A DNA stretch of 64,000 nucleotides, taken from NCBI GenBank assembly GCA_965602015.1, contig OZ271918.1, positions 1,632,001 through 1,696,000 on the forward strand, given 5' to 3'. The notes under the pieces are model-generated. The model worked only from the letters and a program-made list of their open reading frames with translations, ran no database searches and was not told the DNA's origin. Source of the stretch: Salinispira sp. (GTDB lineage Bacteria; Spirochaetota; Spirochaetia; DSM-27196; Salinispiraceae). Position 1 is the first letter of the stretch; each line of letters begins with the position of its first letter. Shown piece by piece: positions 45,582 to 53,803 of this stretch. A program made the translations under genes and the position numbers.

Positions 45582-48275
45582 ATGTCTATACGGTCAAAGC
45601 TGACCAGGACAGCTATGCTGCTGCTTTCTGCAGCAGTCCTATTCGCATTGGGATGTTCGCTTCCTGGCGATACATCATCGGACTATTCGAGCGTTGCAGT
45701 CAGCAGGGCTCCAATCCCGAGTTCCTCGGTCGATTTCCGCGAAGAATCAATCTACTTCCTGATTCCCAGCCGCTTCTACGACGGGGATTCAAGCAACAAT
45801 GTTCCCACCGAGTGGAGCTCCTATAATCCTGACAACCCGAACTCGGAAATCACAGATCCCAACGACGTGACATGGCGGGGGGACTTCAGAGGGCTTATTG
45901 AGTACGGGCTTGATTACATCCAGGACCTGGGTTTCACCGCAGTTTGGCTCACGCCCATCGTCCACAACCGCAGTCCACTGGACTATCACGGATACCACGC
46001 ATGGGATTTTAACGCCGTTGATCCGCGATTAGAGACTCCCGGCTATACATACCAGGATTTTATTAACGCGGCTCACGATAGGGGCATAAAAGTCATTCAG
46101 GACGTGGTCTGGAATCACTCGGGTCGATACGGCATCAAGGATGTGGCGGAACTCAAATACAATACCGATCCCGACGCGCCGTGGTACGCCCCGCCAAATC
46201 CCGACTGGGAATACGACGGCATCACCCCGAACCCTTGGGATGGAAAAATCTGGAGCCGGGCGAACATCGCGCCTATGCCGCCGCCGTATAATCAGGACCT
46301 GAGCCTGTACAACTGGCCGAGCACAGAAAGTTTTATTAACACCTCTGATCCTGCCTGGTACCATCATTCGGGCAACGGCTTTGCACAGGGCTGGGATGAT
46401 ACAGAAAATCTGTACAACAGGGCGCTGGCGGATGACACTCCTGATCTGAACACCGAATCTCCGGTGGTGCGTCAGTATCTTGTCGACGCCTATACGCGCT
46501 ATATCGACATGGGTGTCGATGCGTTCCGGGTTGATACGGTCAAACATATGGACCGGGACTCGGTGCTCTTTTTCATCGACGCGTTTAAAAATCACGATCC
46601 CGACCTGTTTATCTTTGGCGAGGTCGCGCAAAAACGGCATGAACTCCATCAAGTGGAGGAAATCAATCCTCACTGGTATACTTGGGACGGACCGGTTGGA
46701 AACTCGAATAACTCGGGAATGGCCGTTATTGATTTCTACGCCCAGGCGACCTTTCATGGAGTATTTGAATACAACCAATCCTTCGGTGAAGCCAGGGCGG
46801 CAGCCCGCTACGACCACCTGTATTCCGATGCGTCCACGAACGTCATGTGGCTCGACAACCATGACTTCGGTCCCAATAACGACTGGAACCGTCGCTTTTC
46901 CGGCAGTGCCGAGACCATGGCCAGCTACGTCAACTTCACCTGGACATGGAGAGGAATCCCAACACTTTACTACGGCAGCGAAATCCAGTTTATGAGTGGT
47001 GCCTATACGGATATCCACGAGGCTTCGGATATTAACCGGTCCATCGACCTCACCGGCCGGGCCTACTACGGCGACAATATCTTTACCGCATCAAGCCATC
47101 CCTTGTACCAGCACATCAAAAAGATGAATGAAATCCGTTCCGCCCTGCCCGCTCTTCAAAAAGGCAATTGGTACTGGGCGGGTAATCCTTCCAGCGGCGA
47201 CGGTGTCGGATATGTCAGGGAATACAATGGCCAGGTAATTGCCGTCGGTCTGGCGAAGAACTCCACAGTCAGTTTTGCCTTTGAGGGCTTGCCCTCCGGA
47301 ACCTACCGGGATGCGGTAACCGGAGCCGAGATCAGCTCCTCGGGAAGTCTCAGTTTTGATGTCAGTTCCGCCTCTGCGGGAATTTACGTTCTCGACGGTC
47401 CGGGCCTCATCGGCGGACTAGGAGCCGGTTTTTTCCAGACAAGTTCCAACGGTCAGGGCGGCGGATCGGGCAGCGGTTCCGGCGGATCGGATCACTGGGA
47501 TGGGGCATTTTTTCGAGGGACTCCAAATGGATGGGGCACCAGCGAAATGACATGGAACGACTCCGAAAGGATGTGGGAAACCACCCAGTATTTCCAGGGA
47601 GATAATGCGCGATTCAAGGTCGACAGATACGGCAACTGGACGGAAAACTATCCGGCACAGGACTATCTTATCACCGAAGGACCGGGCAACTATTTCATTC
47701 AGTTTGATGACGCAGGGAAAACCTTTGTGGTCACAAAATTATTGCCAAGCTCTTACAGCATTTCGGGCCGGGTAACGGACCAATCGGGCGACGGAATCCA
47801 GGGAATTATTGTCAGTACCGGGACCCATTCAGCGGTAACGAATTCCCAGGGCAGCTGGCAAATTGCGAATCTTTCGCCGGGGAACTACAGCGTGAGCCCC
47901 TCGGGTGATGGCCTGGTATTCTCGCCCGGAAGTCGGGAAGTTACGCTCCAGACAGGAAACGCCACGGGCATCGATTTCACCGGAGCCATGCCGGGCAGTG
48001 ACCTGATTGTGTACTATGCAGAATTTGAGTCCGCAGCCCTGTACTACATCCACGCGTGGGACGGTTTGTCGGGGGATATTCCGATGTCCTACGAAGGCTA
48101 TATTAACGGAAGACATTGGTGGCGGGCGTCAATCAGCAATCCCCCGCCAACATTCACGTTCTGCTTCACCAACAGCAACGGCAACTGGGACGGTGGCAAT
48201 AGAGCATATAACGGGCAGTCAGACGATATCTATGTGCTCTCCTGGAATAACCAGGTATACCCGTATCGCCCCTGA
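45582..48275 (+). CDS. GH13 alpha-amylase lipoprotein with C-terminal carbohydrate-binding and Ig-like modules
   Basis: Lipobox ALGC; RFYDGD, GDFRGL, YHGY, DVVWNH, FRVDTVKH, FGEV, DNHD; Gly/Ser linker; FRGTPNGW module; YIHAW...NWD module. Confidence 0.9.
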   Translation: MSIRSKLTRTAMLLLSAAVLFALGCSLPGDTSSDYSSVAVSRAPIPSSSVDFREESIYFLIPSRFYDGDSSNNVPTEWSSYNPDNPNSEITDPNDVTWRGDFRGLIEYGLDYIQDLGFTAVWLTPIVHNRSPLDYHGYHAWDFNAVDPRLETPGYTYQDFINAAHDRGIKVIQDVVWNHSGRYGIKDVAELKYNTDPDAPWYAPPNPDWEYDGITPNPWDGKIWSRANIAPMPPPYNQDLSLYNWPSTESFINTSDPAWYHHSGNGFAQGWDDTENLYNRALADDTPDLNTESPVVRQYLVDAYTRYIDMGVDAFRVDTVKHMDRDSVLFFIDAFKNHDPDLFIFGEVAQKRHELHQVEEINPHWYTWDGPVGNSNNSGMAVIDFYAQATFHGVFEYNQSFGEARAAARYDHLYSDASTNVMWLDNHDFGPNNDWNRRFSGSAETMASYVNFTWTWRGIPTLYYGSEIQFMSGAYTDIHEASDINRSIDLTGRAYYGDNIFTASSHPLYQHIKKMNEIRSALPALQKGNWYWAGNPSSGDGVGYVREYNGQVIAVGLAKNSTVSFAFEGLPSGTYRDAVTGAEISSSGSLSFDVSSASAGIYVLDGPGLIGGLGAGFFQTSSNGQGGGSGSGSGGSDHWDGAFFRGTPNGWGTSEMTWNDSERMWETTQYFQGDNARFKVDRYGNWTENYPAQDYLITEGPGNYFIQFDDAGKTFVVTKLLPSSYSISGRVTDQSGDGIQGIIVSTGTHSAVTNSQGSWQIANLSPGNYSVSPSGDGLVFSPGSREVTLQTGNATGIDFTGAMPGSDLIVYYAEFESAALYYIHAWDGLSGDIPMSYEGYINGRHWWRASISNPPPTFTFCFTNSNGNWDGGNRAYNGQSDDIYVLSWNNQVYPYRP

Positions 48276-48289
48276 TTCTGTCTGACATA

Positions 48290-48321
48290 AAAACGCCCTC
48301 GGATTTCTCCGGGGGCGTTTT
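48290..48321. terminator. Bidirectional terminator
   Basis: AAAACGCCCTCGGA-TTTC-TCCGGGGGCGTTTT between convergent genes. Confidence 0.85.
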
Positions 48322-48349
48322 CGGCATTGCTCAGGAAAATAGTGCACTG

Positions 48350-48901
48350 CTACAGACCTTGGACTCCCATATTGCGGATTTGGGCGGCATGATAACTGTC
48401 ATGGGTGGCGATCCAGGCCAGCGCCTGACCAACCGAGCAGTCCCATTCATCGATTCTCCGTTCAATGTCTTCATCACTGAGGTTCTCAAGCAGCTTCATA
48501 TACTCGGCGTGAATGTCATCGCTGATCCCGATAGTTCTCTGCCAATTCTCATCCGTAACCTCAGGTATGGCGGGAAAGGATTTCTTTTCATACGGCCACG
48601 GATGCTCCCCGGGCTGGAAATATTCGAGGACCTTCCATTTGAAGAAGGCGTCGTGAAGTACAACGGCCCATGCGGAAAAACCGTCTATGGTGCCGGTATC
48701 AGAAGCCTGCTCCAGGCTGAGTTTTTTTACTGTCTGGATAAATGCCGGACCATTAAATGAGCCGGCGGTATACTCCCGCTCGGTGAGATATCCTATCCAT
48801 TTCAATTGTTCGATCATCACAAGGCTCCTGGATGCATATATTTGCTCAGAGTATAGCCCGAATTGCTGCTCATGAGGCAGGCCAAAAGGATAAATTTCCA
48901 T
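48350..48901 (-). CDS. DinB family protein
   Basis: SAWAVVLH...W and HDSYHAAQI His pattern; start uncertain. Confidence 0.75.
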   Translation of the reverse strand: MEIYPFGLPHEQQFGLYSEQIYASRSLVMIEQLKWIGYLTEREYTAGSFNGPAFIQTVKKLSLEQASDTGTIDGFSAWAVVLHDAFFKWKVLEYFQPGEHPWPYEKKSFPAIPEVTDENWQRTIGISDDIHAEYMKLLENLSDEDIERRIDEWDCSVGQALAWIATHDSYHAAQIRNMGVQGL

Positions 48902-48924
48902 CTTTGCCGCAGCCACTCTTTCCT

Positions 48925-50178
48925 TCAGAACAGAAAATTAAATCGCGAAGTGCTGCGGTTTTGAGAACCCAGCCAATTAAACCAATCGTCCGCCGGCAGA
49001 AGCAGATCCTCGATCGGACCATGTATCTCTCCGCTTGTGTGCGCAGGTAAACCAGGTCCTTGCCAATCATACGCGAGGCTTTCCAGCCTGGTTGCATTAC
49101 CCGGCTGTCCCTGAGGATACGTCAGAATTACGACCCGGCCGCCGTCCCGGCTCACCGGTCCGCCCGACCCGGGAACCGGCCTCAGCGGCACATCAAACAT
49201 CACCGGGCTTGGATCAGTGCCGCTGCAGCCCTGGCACTCGATGCTTCCGTCGGAATATACGATTGTTGAAGGGATATTTTGATTCACCGGTGAAGCGGGA
49301 GCGGGAATCAGGGCAACCCCGCCTTCCGGCGATGGTTCGCTGGGCGGACTATCACCAAACCCAAGATAATAAAGCACGCCCGATGAATCGGGAAGCCAGG
49401 CCATATTGCTGTAGTTTCCCGTTTCGTCCTCCCCTGCTAGCTCCCAGGAGTCAAGAAGTGCTTCGTTGTTCCACGGATTTCCCGTAACCCAGGACGTTCC
49501 CTGTATTTCCAGATTGTCCGAATCGAGAAAAACCACGAGGCGGTAGTGAGCAAAGGGATCAAAGACACTTGCCCCTTCCTGAAGCACGCTAAAATACTGT
49601 AAGGCGATGAGCTGGCCATCCGGGGATGGAATAGCTGCCGTAGGCGTCAAAATGTTCGCAAGGAGGTCTGGGGTCAGCTCAGCCGGACGCGATGGAGCGT
49701 TAAGTCGTGGATGAGTTTGAATGGCCTGGCGTAAACGGGCTGTGCCGACTTCGAGAGGCCGGGCTGACCCATCGTCTAATCGGTAAATAAACGGGTTGGC
49801 CTCCGAAAAAACCACAAATCCCTTGGCCTTGTTCCAGAACACCATGCTGTATTGCGCCCCTCCGCCGGTGGCGACAATCGAGTCATATTGGATGCCTTCG
49901 GGGAATGAGGCAAGAAGCCGTCTGCCTTCCGAAGGATTTCCCGGATCCTCCGCTTCATACAGAAAAACCATCCAATCTCTGGCTCGTTGATCGGCAAAAT
50001 GCGGATTCGATGGTCGCATGGTTTTGTAGCGCGATTGAACGATGAGCAGAGATTCTCCGTCCTCGGCGTAAGCCCCCCTGACATCGCGGATTACCTCGGT
50101 TCTCAACAAGTCGCAACCAGCGATAACAGACAGAAAGACAGGAAGTAGGAGCAACATGGTTCGGGATAACTGTGTCAT
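48925..50178 (-). CDS. Hypothetical lipoprotein (TolB-like propeller motifs)
   Basis: Lipobox IAGC; PSPDG, WLPDS, SRDG motifs. Confidence 0.65.
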   Translation of the reverse strand: MTQLSRTMLLLLPVFLSVIAGCDLLRTEVIRDVRGAYAEDGESLLIVQSRYKTMRPSNPHFADQRARDWMVFLYEAEDPGNPSEGRRLLASFPEGIQYDSIVATGGGAQYSMVFWNKAKGFVVFSEANPFIYRLDDGSARPLEVGTARLRQAIQTHPRLNAPSRPAELTPDLLANILTPTAAIPSPDGQLIALQYFSVLQEGASVFDPFAHYRLVVFLDSDNLEIQGTSWVTGNPWNNEALLDSWELAGEDETGNYSNMAWLPDSSGVLYYLGFGDSPPSEPSPEGGVALIPAPASPVNQNIPSTIVYSDGSIECQGCSGTDPSPVMFDVPLRPVPGSGGPVSRDGGRVVILTYPQGQPGNATRLESLAYDWQGPGLPAHTSGEIHGPIEDLLLPADDWFNWLGSQNRSTSRFNFLF

Positions 50179-50361
50179 GTATAAAGATTAGCCGGATAGT
50201 CAGGTAAATTCAATGTGCCCCATGCTCGATTCTGATTACCGCCTGTTTTCTGCTCAAATTACTCAACATTACAGGAAACTTTTAGTCCCATGCACTATCT
50301 TAGTAAAAAAGGCAGAAATTATTGTGTACAACAGCAAAACTACTCGCTTTCGGGGGGAGAA

Positions 50362-53037
50362 ATGAAAAATGGCAATCACGTGGTTCGAACAGCAGTACTT
50401 ATCCTGTCCATCCTCGTAGTTTTTTCGGGATGTGATTTTCTCACAGGGATAATAAACGGCGAGCCGGTAGCCGACGCCGGTGAAGATCAGATTGTGACCC
50501 TTGGGGATGTTGTACGTCTCGATGGAAATGAATCATTTGATCCTGATGGGGATGTAATCTCAGCCACTTGGGAAGTTGATTCGAGGCCTTCGGATTCCGG
50601 CATAACCGAGCTTGATTTTAGTAATCAGCGGGGCTTTTTTACAGAAATAACCCCTGATGCTGTGGGTGTCTACGTTTTCCGGCTCTTGGTTAGCGACGGC
50701 GACTCCGATGCTGAAGACAGGGTTAGGGTTGAAGTCATTGCCGATGACGGGAGCGGCGGCAGCGGTGGTTCCACGAGCGATGCAACCCTTTCTAACCTTT
50801 TGATAGACGGTGTTTCCCCGGCGGCGTTTACCGCTGGTCAGAGCGCTCCTGATGGCGGCTTTTTTGTCTCCATCAGCGACACCGATAACGATGGTTCTGA
50901 ATTTGTAACAATAGCCGCCTCGGCAACTCAAGCTGATTCGGACGTCTCCTTTATTGACGAAACTGGAAATCCATTGGCGGATGCCGACTTAGCGGAAACC
51001 GGCTTTCAATTTCTCATAGACGGAACGAGCACTGTGGCAATTGTCCGGGTTATCACAGCTGATGGAGCCGGTACGGAAGATTACCAGGTCTCTTTTACCT
51101 TGGACTCCAGTGTTCTTCCCAGACTATCCTCCATTTTGGTGGAAGGTGTTGAGATCACCGGTTTCAATTCAAATATCTTCAGTTATAACGCCGAAGCCAA
51201 TTTCGGCTTTGGTACCGCATTGACTATTGTTGCCCTTCCGGTAGACAGCAGTCTGTCAGTCCAAACTGAAGCGGGCATCACCCCTACAACGTTTGCCGAC
51301 GGATCTATTCAGTTCGAGTTTACGCCTACACAGGCGGACAATGACGTTACCATCAGCGTTGATGACGGAAGCGGATTTCCCGCCAGCTATTCTATATCGT
51401 TCAGTGATACCTCCGAACCGGTAAATCTGTCTGACGCTCTGTGGGCCCGATGGGATTTTACCGGTAATACGGAAGACAGCTCGGGTAACTTCAACAACCT
51501 GAATATCATTCAGGGTAATCCCGAAGGCAGCGCTTCAGACCGGGACAACAACTCAAATTCCGCCCTCCAATTCACCGGGACAAATGATCGCCTCGAACAA
51601 CCCGGCAATGCGGCAATTAACAGCACCCCCGACGGTGTGTCAATTTCGCTGTGGGTTCAGGGACTACCGACTCCCGGCAGACTCATAAGCCGGAGGAACG
51701 GCCCGGGCAATTCCAGCTGGGAGGTCGATGTGGTTGCAGCAGGAATCAGAACCAGCTTTGCCGGAAGTGTAATCGGAATTACCTTTTCGGCAAGTGATCT
51801 CGATACCGACAGCGACAATGTTTTTGATGATTGGAATCACCTGGCATGGGTTTTTGACCAGCTTAGCAATACCTACACCTTCTATCTCAACGGTGCGGAG
51901 TACTATCAAAACACCTGGTCGGCTGCCAACGATATCAGCACGACCAACCCAATACGCATTGGAAATAGCGCTTTGTCTGGCAGTCCCAATGCAGTTCTTG
52001 ATGACATTCGTCTGTACAGCAGACCGGTGAATGCCAGCGAAATTCAAGCACTGTCAGATCTCGCACCGGTGGCTAATATAGGGGGAGGTCCGGGCCAGGC
52101 AGGAAGTCCATCGCCTGCCAATTCGGCGATAGATGTAGCGCTGGCCACCGGGCTGAATTGGAGTTCTTCTGCAGACACCTCGACGGTAGATATCTATTTC
52201 GGGACGTCAAATCCCCCGACATTTCTATTGTTTGAAAACCGCAATGCAGGCGCCGGCCCGGTCAACGCCGCTGACATGACAGCAGCATTGGCAGCCCAGG
52301 GACAAGTTCTCGAGGCGGACACCCAATACTTCTGGAGGGTGGATTCAACCAGCAGCTTTGGCATAACGACAGTGGGACAAGTGTGGAATTTCACCACTGA
52401 ACTACCGGTAAATCTGTCTGACGGATTATGGGCTCAATGGGCATTTGGAGGAAATTATCTCGACTCTGCATCTCCGTTTAACAATCTTGTGGCCAATGCC
52501 CCGTACCCCCTACCCGCAACCAGCGCCACGAATCGCTTCAACCAAGCGAACAACGCCCTGCAGATTTCAAGCGTAGATGAAGGATTGGTGACCGTGCCGG
52601 GCCAGTTTAATATTATTAACTCCAGCCAATCCCTTTCGATTATATTTTGGATGGAGGGTGTTCCCGGCAACGGACGCATAATATCCCGGCGAAACGCTGA
52701 GGGCGGCGGCGGTACCCAACTGTGGGAGGTTGACGTTTTTAACGGCAGTCTGCGCTTTAGTTTTGGAGGTGGTGTGTCGGCAATCTGGAATGCCTCCGGT
52801 CTCAGCGGCTGGAATAACATTGCCCTCGTTGTTGACGGAGCCAACTCCCGCTTAAGAATATATGTAAACGGGGTGCTTGAAATCGACCAGGCATTCAGCG
52901 GAGCAATTGATGCCGCCAATAATCCGATTACCATCGGCAGAACCGAGAGCAATTTAGGCGCAGCCCCGGGAATTTACGATGATTTCAGGATATACCACAG
53001 AGCGATTAACAGCGCAGAGGTCAATGCCTTACAATAG
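50362..53037 (+). CDS. Surface lipoprotein: PKD/Ig domain, cadherin-like domains, two LamG (concanavalin-like) domains
   Basis: Lipobox FSGC; PVADAG.DQ...LDG..S.DPDG; SDATLSNL; WNHLAWV...YLNG...DDIRLYSR and WNNIALV...YVNG...DDFRIYHR. Confidence 0.85.
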   Translation: MKNGNHVVRTAVLILSILVVFSGCDFLTGIINGEPVADAGEDQIVTLGDVVRLDGNESFDPDGDVISATWEVDSRPSDSGITELDFSNQRGFFTEITPDAVGVYVFRLLVSDGDSDAEDRVRVEVIADDGSGGSGGSTSDATLSNLLIDGVSPAAFTAGQSAPDGGFFVSISDTDNDGSEFVTIAASATQADSDVSFIDETGNPLADADLAETGFQFLIDGTSTVAIVRVITADGAGTEDYQVSFTLDSSVLPRLSSILVEGVEITGFNSNIFSYNAEANFGFGTALTIVALPVDSSLSVQTEAGITPTTFADGSIQFEFTPTQADNDVTISVDDGSGFPASYSISFSDTSEPVNLSDALWARWDFTGNTEDSSGNFNNLNIIQGNPEGSASDRDNNSNSALQFTGTNDRLEQPGNAAINSTPDGVSISLWVQGLPTPGRLISRRNGPGNSSWEVDVVAAGIRTSFAGSVIGITFSASDLDTDSDNVFDDWNHLAWVFDQLSNTYTFYLNGAEYYQNTWSAANDISTTNPIRIGNSALSGSPNAVLDDIRLYSRPVNASEIQALSDLAPVANIGGGPGQAGSPSPANSAIDVALATGLNWSSSADTSTVDIYFGTSNPPTFLLFENRNAGAGPVNAADMTAALAAQGQVLEADTQYFWRVDSTSSFGITTVGQVWNFTTELPVNLSDGLWAQWAFGGNYLDSASPFNNLVANAPYPLPATSATNRFNQANNALQISSVDEGLVTVPGQFNIINSSQSLSIIFWMEGVPGNGRIISRRNAEGGGGTQLWEVDVFNGSLRFSFGGGVSAIWNASGLSGWNNIALVVDGANSRLRIYVNGVLEIDQAFSGAIDAANNPITIGRTESNLGAAPGIYDDFRIYHRAINSAEVNALQ
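51417..52423 (+). repeat. 20-bp exact direct repeat at the start of each LamG module
   Basis: ACCGGTAAATCTGTCTGACG at 51417-51436 and 52404-52423. Confidence 0.85.
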
Positions 53038-53064
53038 GGGCAAAAAGCGATTCGCATTTTAGCA

Positions 53065-53102
53065 AAAGAAGGGCTGCCTGTAGCAATAGGCAGCCCTTCT
53101 TT
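53065..53102. terminator. Bidirectional terminator
   Basis: AAAGAAGGGCTGCCT-N8-AGGCAGCCCTTCTTT perfect 15-bp inverted repeat. Confidence 0.9.
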
Positions 53103-53145
53103 GTCATAAGAGAACTATGAACCTTTTTACAACCGACAGCTGGTA

Positions 53146-53652
53146 TTACAGCAAATCCGCTTTGAGCGAGTCGATGTGCAGCCGTTCATGAACGGCGGAA
53201 AATACCAGCCATTCATAGAAATTCATCCTTCCCACATACGGATGAGGGAAGCTGACATCTGACACCTCGTGAGCATCGGCGAAATCCATCAAATCCTGGA
53301 GTGCGGCAGTATTGAGTTTCGAAAACTCACGTAAATCGTCCGGAGACATACTGCCCGCCGGTTCGGTTCCATTGAATGCGGGGACTTCCATTGCACCAGG
53401 ACCGAAATCGGTCAGCAATTCTGCTCGTATAGGCCAGGGTTTTCCGCTCTCCCTAACCTCGGGCGACTTGGCTTTGACCTTGAGTCGGGATAACAGGGCG
53501 ATTATGCTTTTCTCAGTCAACAGTATATGCTCTAGCACCTGAGCAGGAGTCCAGGCTCCGCTGCGGTCCCTTATTTCTTTGGATTGGGCTTCAAGGAGTT
53601 CGAAGCGGTTTTTGCGGTGCTCGATAGCCAGGGCTGCCTTGGAATTTATCAT
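53146..53652 (-). CDS. DinB family protein
   Basis: WTPAQVLEHI, HP..G.M, HERLH. Confidence 0.85.
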   Translation of the reverse strand: MINSKAALAIEHRKNRFELLEAQSKEIRDRSGAWTPAQVLEHILLTEKSIIALLSRLKVKAKSPEVRESGKPWPIRAELLTDFGPGAMEVPAFNGTEPAGSMSPDDLREFSKLNTAALQDLMDFADAHEVSDVSFPHPYVGRMNFYEWLVFSAVHERLHIDSLKADLL

Positions 53653-53803
53653 ATTAGCTCCTTTTACATTGCTAACAATTTAAAAATATTACCCCAATGC
53701 CGTTTGTGTTGTCATTGCTCTTAAGGATGTCAGGCGCAGTTTTTTATCGTGTTCGGAAATCCAGTATAGCGTGCTGTACATTACTCACAAGGAGTTCTGC
53801 GCA

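Noticed and set aside
46029..47018. 329-aa antisense ORF within the amylase gene (and similar long antisense ORFs elsewhere)
   Set aside because: It lies wholly opposite a well-supported gene and has no motifs; a typical codon-bias shadow ORF.
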